Origin: Gammaproteobacteria bacterium
Lineage (GTDB): Bacteria; Pseudomonadota; Gammaproteobacteria; JBCCGL01
DNA: 64,000 nucleotides
Direction: 5' to 3'
Assembly: GCA_965277715.1 (NCBI GenBank)
Contig: OZ255836.1
Location: 4,032,001 to 4,096,000, forward strand
Shown: one piece after another, positions 30,923-40,137 of the stretch
How the letters are laid out: the number at the start of each line of letters is the position of its first letter
Position numbering within the stretch: the first letter of the stretch is position 1
The notes under the pieces: generated by a model
Database searches by the model: none
Seen by the model: the letters and a program-made list of their open reading frames with translations, nothing else
What the model was told of the DNA's origin: nothing
Program-made: the position numbers and the translations under genes

Positions 30923-31729
30923 TTACGCCACTTGCTGTTTGATTAATTCTTCATGAGAGCGCCAATGGGGTTGTACCAACACATTGTTGACATAACTGAT
31001 TGTCACGATTTTTTTGGTTTCTCTACAAGCTTCGATAAGACTGCCATAACACAGATTGCGGCAGAGCCGTAAGTTTCCCTGTGCTGAACGTACGATCAGC
31101 TCGATAGCGGCGCTATCAAAGGTATTAATGCCCATCCTAACCGCTTCCAACTCTTTGATGATATAACGTTCCAGGTCATCGTCATTGAGCGGGGATATAT
31201 TTTCAGAATAAGTAATACGACTCTTGATATCCTGGTTTACATTCATAGACAGGTAATACAATAAATCCCGCTGTCCAAACAGTATCAGGTTATGTTTTTT
31301 CGGAAAACGTTCAAACAATAACCTTAGCTTTCGCAACACTAGCATGTCCAATAAATGCGCTTCATCAATCAGGATATAAAGCGTTTTTCGATCCCGGATA
31401 TGATTAAATGCGCTGATGATTAATTCCTTTTCCAAGTCTTTAACAGCGACCTCAATTTTAAACGACTCCGCCAGTTGTTTGAGAATATTGAGGTAAGTAT
31501 GCAAAGTGCGTGAGCAGGATACAACCGTGATGTTGCGTTCTTTTTGCAGATTTTCAATATGCTCAAACAGTACGCTTTTACCGACACCAGGTTTGCCGAT
31601 AACGACAGAGAAACCCCCTTGCTGGGAGTGAATCTTGATGATATCAAGGATCTTCTTCTGTTGGGGCAATAGTGTCAAGTCACGCCGATTAAAGGGTTCT
31701 TTGGTGAGTCCGAAGATGGATTTAATCAT
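30923..31729 (-). CDS. ExeA/TniB-like AAA ATPase (transposition helper)
   Basis: FGLTKEPF, Walker A GKPGVGKS, Walker B ILIDEAH; overlaps the transposase stop. Confidence 0.85.
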   Translation of the reverse strand: MIKSIFGLTKEPFNRRDLTLLPQQKKILDIIKIHSQQGGFSVVIGKPGVGKSVLFEHIENLQKERNITVVSCSRTLHTYLNILKQLAESFKIEVAVKDLEKELIISAFNHIRDRKTLYILIDEAHLLDMLVLRKLRLLFERFPKKHNLILFGQRDLLYYLSMNVNQDIKSRITYSENISPLNDDDLERYIIKELEAVRMGINTFDSAAIELIVRSAQGNLRLCRNLCYGSLIEACRETKKIVTISYVNNVLVQPHWRSHEELIKQQVA

Positions 31730-32963
31730 GGGTTAGCGCCTTTTTTCTGAGGTTAGCATTATAGTGGAGATTCAGTACTGTGGCGTCCCCCATACGTGTG
31801 TCAGCAAAATAGACCACAAAACGATCTCGCTTAGTCCGGTCATAACGCACCTGGATGGTTTTTTCCCGCAAATCCACCGGGCATTCGTATTTTTGTGAGT
31901 TGATAGAAAAGACATTGGTTTTACTGACTTTGCGATTTTCTTGGATAAAGAAAACCTCTTCGGTGTACTCATCGTCAGTGAGGAAATGGATACGGCTATG
32001 GTCGAGGTTAAACCGGTCAATCGGTATCATTCCAATGCCGGTATGGTGCTTGGTGTTATAGTCATTTTCTACCCATTCACCGGTCAGCGCGTTGAGTTTA
32101 TCCAATGACTCAAAGGTTACATGTTGGACTAAAAACCGATCACGGAATCCCCGAAAGAACCGTTCGATTTTACCTTTTGCTGCACCGTCCCTAATGGGTG
32201 CATGGGACAGATGAATATTCAGGCGCACACAGGCTTGTAGTATTTCTTTAGAGGTGTAGTTGGCCCCGTTATCAAAGTAGAGTCTTTCGGGTTTACCGCG
32301 TTTAAACAGAGCGGCTCGAAAGGCCTCCACCATGTTGTCGGTATTATCCCGATAAAAGAATTCGCCGTGGGTAATGACCCGGCTGGCATCGTCAATAAAG
32401 GCGATCAGAAAGGTCTTTTTCCATTTGCCATCGGGTTGTTTGATTGAAGGCCCATACAGGGTATCGGCCTGCCAGAGTTCATTGGCAAACTGCATAGAAA
32501 AGGATCGTCGAAGTTTTTGTATTTGTTCACCATTAAGCAGATCATTTTCTCTAAGCATACGATAGAAAGAGGTTTGTGAGAGTTGGCTACGCTGAAAGTA
32601 ATTGCGCTGAAGTCACTGGCGATAAATGGCCTGTTTTGGAACGATGCCTATTTTATTGTGACTTAACGTTGGAAGGATGTCATTAATGGCCTCAGCCAAT
32701 TCGTTGAGCTGGATTTTCCGGTAACTGTTTTTATCCGCGCGGGTTTTGCTATCAAGTGCGGTGACACCGTGTTTTTTATACCGGTACAACCAGGTGCTGA
32801 TGGTTCGCCAGGTAAAGGTGTACTGGCACCCGGTTTGTTCGTCGTGGAAGGTACGGTTGGCGACCTGTTTGATGCGTTTGCGGATCGACTGGCCGGGCGC
32901 ATAATCGACAGCGCTTAAGACACGCAGCCTGAGTTCGAGGGGAGGATGTTGAGTGGATTTCAT
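31722..32963 (-). pseudogene. DDE (rve/Mu-like) transposase interrupted by a single in-frame TGA
   Basis: HTH part (MKSTQHPP...AIYRQ*) continues in the same frame after TGA at 32613-32615 into LQRNYFQ...WQADTLYG...FIDDASR...YFDNG...KGKIERFF. Confidence 0.85.
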
Positions 32964-33177
32964 GTTAGACCTCATTAAACGATGGATGAGGTTGGGGATG
33001 GTAGAGAGCGCCATGGTGTTAAACGAGTGACGGATTCTGTTGCAAGAATAGAGGAGGCGATAAAGCCTCATGGTTTTGCGCGGCGGTGGATGATAATGTG
33101 GTAATGCCTATTTGTGATGGTGGCTCATATTTGGGGTGTATTGGGTAAATCAGCGGGTATCCTGATGATGGTAAACG

Positions 33178-33741
33178 TTAAATAAACGCCGTTTGTCGGC
33201 GGTGCTGGTAGTGGGTGCAGGGGTTGGTGGGTAGAGTTGAAAACAGGGTTTGCAGGGTAGGCAATACTACTCTCAAACGTCGTGTTCGCGTCTTGAAACG
33301 TTCGGCAAGGGAGGGTGCGTGTAAGGCGAGTCCTTGTCTGAAGTTCATCAATTTAAGGCTTAGCTTATGTAACCAACGATACGCATTGCGAGGGTCTTTA
33401 GTACCGGTAGCGGCTTCATAGGCCTGTTGAATACTACACAATGCGATCAACGATAAAAGAAAGGTAAAAAGGTGCTGAGTGGAGTAGCGAAGGGAGGGAA
33501 TGGTCTCGGCCAGATACAGTCTACGAGTTGTGCCGCAGCCCGTTTTTGCGTGTCGATTCGTGCAGAAAATGCGTTTGCCGACAACAACTTTCTGGGTGCT
33601 GGAGATCTGTTTGTAGACAAAGCCGTGGGAGACAAACGAGTTGCATTTAAACCAGTTAGGGCATAGTAGCTCATCCTGATGGAGGTCAAGTTCCAGGGTG
33701 TAGCGATGCAGGGTGTCAACGTTATCAAAATAGGTGCGCAT
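33178..33741 (-). CDS. Transposon accessory protein with Cys motifs and possible HTH
   Basis: CPNWFKC...RIFCTNRHAKTGCG...NAYRWL; first gene of the element. Confidence 0.6.
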   Translation of the reverse strand: MRTYFDNVDTLHRYTLELDLHQDELLCPNWFKCNSFVSHGFVYKQISSTQKVVVGKRIFCTNRHAKTGCGTTRRLYLAETIPSLRYSTQHLFTFLLSLIALCSIQQAYEAATGTKDPRNAYRWLHKLSLKLMNFRQGLALHAPSLAERFKTRTRRLRVVLPTLQTLFSTLPTNPCTHYQHRRQTAFI

Positions 33742-34030
33742 AGTGGCGATTGTAAAGTGCTAAAGGGCTTTTACGCCGCTGATCAATTAAGTTAATGGCG
33801 TTGAACACCCCAGGGCATAATATTTTCAGTAGAAATTTGTGTTGCCACATTACCGTTATAACGCAGTGATGTTACTACGATCAGAATGTGGTTGAAAAAC
33901 GGCGGTTTGTACAACAGTAGCTTGGTAAATAACAATAGCCTATATCAGAAAGCAGTTAGACATCGGAGAGTTCTATGAGATGATGTACCAGATTGAAAGT
34001 CAATTGAACAGTGAATAACTGGCCTGACCC

Positions 34031-35596
34031 GAATGGCACTTCCTTAAGCTCTAAGTACATGAAAAATATGGAAGTACTTTCATTGTAAATGACCTATTTC
34101 TGTTTTTTGGGATGGCCATATTTTTTAACAACACTTCTGGCCACGTCCCTTGGCTGCATCAATAAACGATATGGTTTGGGTCTTCGTTTAACCACTCTTG
34201 GTTCAATACGCCCCGGTCGATTACCCACACAGTTTTCTGCAATCAACGCACATAGCGCCAACACCTTATCACTACCCAGAGGGCTACCGCCTTTCTGATA
34301 ACGATACGCTACCCAAATTTGTAACGTATGCTTAAAACTTATCTGTCGAGGCAGTATGTCCACTAGTAAAGCAGATTGCGCCATTAATAAGCGAATAAGG
34401 TTGTAAGCTAATATGTGTACCCACATTTCCTTCTCAACCATTTCTGGCGTCTTACAACGGAAGGTGTGCATCTTCATTGTCGTTTTTATATGGCGTAAAT
34501 CAAGTTCGACATGCCAGCGTTCTTTGTAGAGCTGTTTAAGCGCCTCTTTAGACGCCGATTTAACTAATAACAACGTTGTCACCAACAGTTTTTTACCCAC
34601 TTTCAGTTCACGTATAACCACTTCATCAGCAGCCGCTTCATAGGCTTCTTCGCTCATCCACTCTGGTCTTTTCTTGGGCTTTGTATAACAAATCAGATGA
34701 TCCTTCGATCCAAGCCTTTTGCCTTCTCGAAAATCTGTGGATTTACGCCGCGCACCATGCGGCTCAAATACACCGTCTACTCCTTGCTCTATAAGGTTTG
34801 CTAGAAAAAAATAACCCGCAAAATAGGCATCACCCACCACAATATCACCCGGTTTAAGCGCATTTTGTATTTTTCTCAATAACGTTTGCTCATCCGCTCC
34901 CTTACCTTTAAAAGGACCCATTGCCGCATCGAGAACACCACCACTGGCTAAACAAATAATTCCTACCCAGCGACAAAGAGGAAAACCGATCCCCACTTTC
35001 TGGCCTGACTGTTGTGGATAAACTACCTGATTTTCAGGCGTATCGGGCATTGTCACAGTGGTGCCGTCAACCAATTTAACTGAACGCCCTTGCCAGTGCC
35101 AGTGACTGGCCGCTTCATTCGCCACACACTCGCCTGTACAACGGGCAAGCCCTGAGACGAGGGGGGTTGGCAGCCTTTGTCGCGCTTTACAATAACTCCC
35201 TGTATACGTATTACTCACTGATAAACCTTCACTTAATCGCTGTACAGCGAGTGTGTTGACAGCTTGCTGGCAGGACTGATCTGCACTCATTGTTTGGTAT
35301 AAAAACAGCGATAAGGTGTCTAGAGGAGGATAGCGACGCGCTCGAAAATCCGGTTGTAATTCTTCCAGTTTCGTAAGTAACTGAGAGGATGTCAGCAAGT
35401 GATAAAAACTCAATGCATCCGAGGATTGAGCTCGGCTTTTGATGCGACGTTGAAGAATGTTGACTTTTACATTATTCTGCATGATGGCTGGTTCCTATGG
35501 GATAAAGGGTATTTGTGTTGACAACAAATAACCTACCATAGAACCAGCTTTTTTTGTAATTACTTCAAATACTTACAGCTTAAGGAAGTGCCATTC
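34031..35596 (-). mobile_element. IS4-family insertion sequence (1566 bp)
   Basis: Terminal IRs GAATGGCACTTCCTTAAGCT...AGCTTAAGGAAGTGCCATTC enclosing a transposase. Confidence 0.92.
34094..35482 (-). CDS. IS4-family transposase
   Basis: LVDGTT, GDAYF, YKERWHVELDLRHIK (YREK motif), EPRVVKRRPKPY. Confidence 0.92.
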   Translation of the reverse strand: MQNNVKVNILQRRIKSRAQSSDALSFYHLLTSSQLLTKLEELQPDFRARRYPPLDTLSLFLYQTMSADQSCQQAVNTLAVQRLSEGLSVSNTYTGSYCKARQRLPTPLVSGLARCTGECVANEAASHWHWQGRSVKLVDGTTVTMPDTPENQVVYPQQSGQKVGIGFPLCRWVGIICLASGGVLDAAMGPFKGKGADEQTLLRKIQNALKPGDIVVGDAYFAGYFFLANLIEQGVDGVFEPHGARRKSTDFREGKRLGSKDHLICYTKPKKRPEWMSEEAYEAAADEVVIRELKVGKKLLVTTLLLVKSASKEALKQLYKERWHVELDLRHIKTTMKMHTFRCKTPEMVEKEMWVHILAYNLIRLLMAQSALLVDILPRQISFKHTLQIWVAYRYQKGGSPLGSDKVLALCALIAENCVGNRPGRIEPRVVKRRPKPYRLLMQPRDVARSVVKKYGHPKKQK

Positions 35597-35681
35597 GGGT
35601 CAAGGCAGTTATTTCCTATATTTCTTGCTGGAAACCACTGTTTTTATCCGTATTAGTCGTTGTATGGTGAATAATAAGCCT

Positions 35682-35718
35682 GACCCCCTTGCTGGACCCC
35701 CTTGCTGACCCCCTTGCT
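35682..35718 (-). repeat. Triple tandem GACCCCCTTGCT (inverted motif-B end)
   Basis: Copies at 35682, 35695 and 35707, following AATAATAAGCCT. Confidence 0.8.
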
Positions 35719-35779
35719 TTTGTTCAAATTATGTAGGTGGTGATCATCGCATTCCGCCAGGTCTTTTTTAGGAAGTTGA

Positions 35780-36361
35780 GTGAAATTTACAATGAGAAAT
35801 TTCGTCATGAAACATGATTCTTTTTTTATTGTGCTATTGCTGCTTTTACTTCAGGGGTGTGTGCCGTATGTTAATCAGTTTAACTATATATCGTTGGTAG
35901 ATGTACCCGATATTCAAGTATTAGAATACGGCAAATATGAACCTGGGAAAATTTTTTCCCACGAGGAAATGCCGGTTAAATATGAATTACCCAGGGCGTC
36001 ATATAAACTGTATTTTGAAATAGATAGCTACAGTGCAGGTAAAGTTTTGATGGTATGGTCAAAATCTAGCTCTGACGATCCCTTAGATGTAAGAGCTGTC
36101 GATGTTGAAGGGAGCTGTGGTGGATTCAGGAGTTACCGGTCAAAAAATGAATATTGGAACGCTGTTAGAGCGAAGTATTATTCTTGGGGAGCTAAAACTC
36201 GGAACTGCACTTCTGAAGGCAGTAGTTATCAGCTTGATGTTGATCAAAAATATCGAGTGATTGCATTTGAAGTTTTGGATGGAGAGATTGTTTTAGGTAA
36301 AGAGGTAATCCCGTTTAAATGGGTAAACAACGGTTACTATGTTCATAGTGATTCGTTGTAA
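35780..36361 (+). CDS. Lipoprotein; putative orphan immunity protein
   Basis: Lipobox LLQGC; AT-rich; flanked by GGGGTCA/GGACAGG motifs. True start may be ATG 35792 or 35807. Confidence 0.7.
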   Translation: MKFTMRNFVMKHDSFFIVLLLLLLQGCVPYVNQFNYISLVDVPDIQVLEYGKYEPGKIFSHEEMPVKYELPRASYKLYFEIDSYSAGKVLMVWSKSSSDDPLDVRAVDVEGSCGGFRSYRSKNEYWNAVRAKYYSWGAKTRNCTSEGSSYQLDVDQKYRVIAFEVLDGEIVLGKEVIPFKWVNNGYYVHSDSL

Positions 36362-36387
36362 GTAAAAATCATACGGAAGATAGGGTA

Positions 36388-36458
36388 AAAAGGAAAAATA
36401 GGACAGGCACTATATAGAAATATGCAAGGACATCCCGAGAAATTGGAAATAGCGCCCA
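36388..36458 (+). repeat. 71-bp exact duplicate of 30421-30491 (motif A plus extension)
   Basis: Direct comparison of the two segments. Confidence 0.9.
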
Positions 36459-36479
36459 AGAACAAAAGGGGTCAAGGCA

Positions 36480-36686
36480 GAATGGCACTTCCTTAAGCTG
36501 TAAGTATTTGAAAGTATTGGTATTACGTGCTTGGTTCAGATAACTTGGCATATGGTTCTTGAAAGCAATATTTGTAAAACTATCCCGGTTATCATTGGCG
36601 GCAACTTTCAAAATATCATTTTTTTCTTAGAAATAATAAATAAACTCTTTACTATCAGTTGCTTACGTCTTAAGGAAGTGCCATTC
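36480..36686. mobile_element. MITE (207 bp) with the ends of the IS4 element
   Basis: GAATGGCACTTCCTTAAG...CTTAAGGAAGTGCCATTC with no transposase. Confidence 0.88.
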
Positions 36687-36713
36687 GGGTCTAGCCTTTC
36701 TGATAAGCGCTTG

Positions 36714-37304
36714 TCAATGGTAGCTTCTTAACATACCCACCAAAATACCTTGAATGGTAACGCGCCCTGCCGCGTAGTACATCGGCTGCATATCGATATT
36801 TTCCGGGATTAGTTCAATCTTTTCACTGACCTCCCCAAGGCGCTTCAGTGTCGCCTCGTGTTTATCAATCAGGGCGACGACAATGTCCCCACGCCGGGCA
36901 AAGTTTTGTTTTTGTACAATCACCGTATCGCCATCCATGATGCCCGCACCCGTCATCGATTCACCACGAATACGCAGCGCGTAGCGGTTGGGACCAGCAA
37001 AGTGGGTAGCCATGTCCAGCGTCGTTGGCTCTTCAATCGCCTCGATAGGCTGTCCGGCAGCAATCGTGCCGAGCAAGGGGATACGCGTGTGTGTATGTTC
37101 AGTGTCTGCCAGCCGGATACCCCGCCAACCGGTTTGCTGCTGCACCAGGTGGCCTTTGTCAATTAAGCTGTGTATATAGCGGTGTGTCAGCGATCTGGCC
37201 TGCCCAAGTGCTCCGGCTATTTCGCTGATAGTGGGGCCTTGTTGATATTCGTTTTGGTAGTTTTCGAAGTATGCCAGCACGCGCTTTTCATTTTCTTTCA
37301 GCAT
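36714..37304 (-). CDS. lexA: LexA transcriptional repressor
   Basis: PTISEIA wHTH, IAAG cleavage site, GESM catalytic Ser, ATLKR catalytic Lys. Confidence 0.85.
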   Translation of the reverse strand: MLKENEKRVLAYFENYQNEYQQGPTISEIAGALGQARSLTHRYIHSLIDKGHLVQQQTGWRGIRLADTEHTHTRIPLLGTIAAGQPIEAIEEPTTLDMATHFAGPNRYALRIRGESMTGAGIMDGDTVIVQKQNFARRGDIVVALIDKHEATLKRLGEVSEKIELIPENIDMQPMYYAAGRVTIQGILVGMLRSYH

Positions 37305-37470
37305 TCTTGTTCACTCGATGAATCGAAAACATAGCATAGTGAATGTCCACCGAACGTTCAATGTTTTTCAAACACTTTTATTCGGTGCAATTCTTGCTGT
37401 AATCCGGCTTGTATGGGCAGGGTGGTAAATCGATTAATTTAGAGTTGAGCAGGGGATAGATTTAAACGCA

Positions 37471-38277
37471 ATGAAGGTTTGGTCGGTTTGCAACCAGAAA
37501 GGTGGGGTGGGTAAAACCACTACGGTGGTGACACTGGCGGGGTTGCTGGCGCAGTCCGGTGCAACAACACTGTTGGTGGATCTCGATCCACACGGCTCTA
37601 TGAGCAGTTATTTTGGTATTAACCCGGATGAGACTGAAGACAGTGTGTACGGTCTTTTTGAGCAGGGCGCCAATACGCTGAGTGTATTGGCGAATATAAG
37701 GAATACGGCATTTGAAGGTATTTCCCTACTGCCAGCCTCGACAGCACTGGCCACGCTGGACCGTCAAATGAGCACGCGCCCCGGTATGGGGCTTATCATC
37801 AAACAAGCCTTGAAACGGGTTGAGGCACACTTTGACTTTGTCATCCTCGACTGCCCGCCGGTGCTCGGTGTGCTGATGATTAATGCCCTGGTTGCCTGCC
37901 AGCAGTTGTTGGTGCCGGTGCAAACGGAGTTTCTCGCTCTAAAAGGGCTGGAGCGAATGCAGCGTACACTGTCGATGATCTGCGCATCGCGCACTATTGA
38001 GCCGCAGTGGATGATTGTACCCACCCTATACGATCAGCGCACACGGGCTTCGGTGCAAACCCTGGCCACGTTGCGGCAACATTATTCACAGCGGATGTGG
38101 AATTCGATGATTCCGGTCGATACACGATTTCGCGATGCCGCTAAAGCGGGCAAACCACTATCTTATTTTGGTCGCCAGTTTCGCGGTGTGCAGGCGTATG
38201 CAGCGCTGTTGGATTACCTGTTGATGGATGATATGCCACTTGCCAGAGAAGTTGCGCAGGTGGCCGAGTGCGGGTGA
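37471..38277 (+). CDS. ParA-family ATPase, chemotaxis-associated (ParC-like)
   Basis: NQKGGVGKTTT, DLDPHGS, LDCPP, VQTEFLALKGLERM. Confidence 0.88.
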   Translation: MKVWSVCNQKGGVGKTTTVVTLAGLLAQSGATTLLVDLDPHGSMSSYFGINPDETEDSVYGLFEQGANTLSVLANIRNTAFEGISLLPASTALATLDRQMSTRPGMGLIIKQALKRVEAHFDFVILDCPPVLGVLMINALVACQQLLVPVQTEFLALKGLERMQRTLSMICASRTIEPQWMIVPTLYDQRTRASVQTLATLRQHYSQRMWNSMIPVDTRFRDAAKAGKPLSYFGRQFRGVQAYAALLDYLLMDDMPLAREVAQVAECG

Positions 38278-38987
38278 CCCTGTTCATGGTAAATAAACAG
38301 CCTTATTCCATAACCTATACGCCAGCGCCTCCCGGTACGCGGGTAGTAACCACGCAACATTTGGCATTGACTACCTACCTGGATGCTCTACTGGCTAAGG
38401 CAACAGAGCCGCCGGTGCGTGTGATGCCACGTACCTATCGATGTCAGGATAATATTGAGACGTTGTTTGATACGGCCTTATCTGAACCGCAACAACCTGA
38501 CGATGTGCCCTCGAAAAAACATAATTTTGACTTACCCACAGCCTGCCTTCAGTTCAGCGTAGCGGGTATAGCGTATGCGCTACCATTAATTGATATCTAC
38601 CGTATCACACGCTGCACACAGCGAATAAGTGCAGTACCTGGCAGATTGGTCGGGTGCGTGGGCACGCTGGTTGAACAGGGAAAAAGAATCGAAGTACTCG
38701 ACCTCCCAGTGTTGGTAGGTGGGTGTCAAAATAACGGCTTTAAAGACGAAAATGAAGCGATAGCCCATTTACTACAGTTTGGTGGAGGTGGTTTGGCACT
38801 GATCGTGGATCAACTGGGTGAGGTGATCAACGTGGGTGTGAAAGATATTCAATGGCCGATAGAAAACCATACTGATCGATGGCGGGCTGGCTTTATAAAA
38901 CAAACGCTTACTACACTACTGGACATTGATGGCCTGAGCCTGACGTTGGCTCAGGCACGCCACCGTTGCCCGCACGGTGTGCAATAA
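38268..38987 (+). CDS. CheW-domain protein (ParP-like), divergent
   Basis: ALTTYLDALL N-terminal motif, CLQFSVAGIAYALPL CheW-like domain; position between parA and cheW. Confidence 0.65.
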   Translation: MRVTLFMVNKQPYSITYTPAPPGTRVVTTQHLALTTYLDALLAKATEPPVRVMPRTYRCQDNIETLFDTALSEPQQPDDVPSKKHNFDLPTACLQFSVAGIAYALPLIDIYRITRCTQRISAVPGRLVGCVGTLVEQGKRIEVLDLPVLVGGCQNNGFKDENEAIAHLLQFGGGGLALIVDQLGEVINVGVKDIQWPIENHTDRWRAGFIKQTLTTLLDIDGLSLTLAQARHRCPHGVQ

Positions 38988-39112
38988 CGCTTACTTTGAT
39001 TATTCAGGGTCACTTTGTAGTGACTGATAAGTGATGAGCTTGGCGCAATGCCTGCCTGGCACAGTTGCTGCAGTTGCTGACCTCTATCAGTAATGTGTTA
39101 CCAGTGGAGAAA

Positions 39113-39571
39113 ATGATGAACAATGTAGCTCAGCAGATTGCCGGCGCTTTTACCCAATGGGTAACATTCAGGCTTGATGGAGAAACGTATGGTGTCAATG
39201 TGATGGATGTTCAGGAGGTGCTGCGGGTTACAGATATTGCCCCAGTACCAGGGGCGCCTGATTTTGTACTCGGCATCATCAATTTACGCGGCAATGTAGT
39301 GAGTGTGCTCGATACACGGCGTCGGTTCGGTTTGCCGACAGTTGAAAACAGTGATGCTACGCGCATTATTATCATCGAATCGGGTGGGCAGACTGTGGGT
39401 ATTCGTGTCGATGCGGTGGCGGAAGTGCTCGATGTCGATAGCAGCGATATTGAAACCTCACCGGATGTTGGTAACGATGAAGCGTCCAGGTATATTTCCG
39501 GCATGGTGAGCCGTGGTGATGAACTGGTCATTTTGATCGACGTCAATAAGATGATTTCGGGGGATCAGTAG
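39113..39571 (+). CDS. cheW: Chemotaxis protein CheW
   Basis: QWVTFRLDGETYGVNVMDVQEVLR, PVPGAPDFVLGIINLRGNV. Confidence 0.92.
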   Translation: MMNNVAQQIAGAFTQWVTFRLDGETYGVNVMDVQEVLRVTDIAPVPGAPDFVLGIINLRGNVVSVLDTRRRFGLPTVENSDATRIIIIESGGQTVGIRVDAVAEVLDVDSSDIETSPDVGNDEASRYISGMVSRGDELVILIDVNKMISGDQ

Positions 39572-39601
39572 CGCCATGAATGACTATAGAGGGCATACAC
39601 A

Positions 39602-40027
39602 ATGACCACACTTGAATTGGGGGTTGTCGGTTTTACCTGCTTAATGCTGTTGGGGTGTATTGGCGTATTGTTTAAACTGCACCTGTGTTGGAAACACATT
39701 TATCAGCGTGAGGCACAACGCAATCAGGATTTTGAAAAATGCTGTAAAGAGCTGGAGATGCTGGCCTCGGGCAATATGGGAATAGGGCGGCATGTGGCGC
39801 GTATTGGGCGTGATATGAATAGCCTGCGGGAAAAAGTTGAACGGCTCGATCAAATCCGCGTTGAACCTGTCGCCTACGATCAGGTTGCCCGCCTGGCGGG
39901 GCAGGGCACTGATATTAAAGATTTGGTGAGTGTGTTTGGTATTTCAGAAGCTGAAGCCGAATTGGTTATGAAATTAAACACCGATAGCGAAAAAATCCGT
40001 GGGTCTCTCTCCACAACCACCCACTAA
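39602..40027 (+). CDS. DUF2802-family protein
   Basis: N-terminal TM, coiled coil, YDQVARL...GISEAEAELV; canonical position after cheW. Confidence 0.8.
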   Translation: MTTLELGVVGFTCLMLLGCIGVLFKLHLCWKHIYQREAQRNQDFEKCCKELEMLASGNMGIGRHVARIGRDMNSLREKVERLDQIRVEPVAYDQVARLAGQGTDIKDLVSVFGISEAEAELVMKLNTDSEKIRGSLSTTTH

Positions 40028-40137
40028 TCCCTATTTTCTCAGATATTGATAAGCCTATTTAATTATCAGTATTTGCTTTTCCTTGTTAGTTGGTCTACTA
40101 GAGTAAGGAACGTTAACCACAATATGGAAGCCTTGCT

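Larger units (their letters stand above)
30592..33916 (-). mobile_element. Three-gene DDE transposon (Mu/Tn552-like transposase + ExeA-type ATPase + accessory ORF)
   Basis: Starts TGTAGCG. Subterminal motif CCAC(T/A)TTCTGATCGTA near 30601 recurs inverted near 33877-33892. Right end approximate (...TGTACAACA). Confidence 0.7.

Noticed and set aside
36369-36731. Short ORFs at 36369-36611 and 36531-36731
   Set aside because: They span motif repeats and the MITE; no coding signal.
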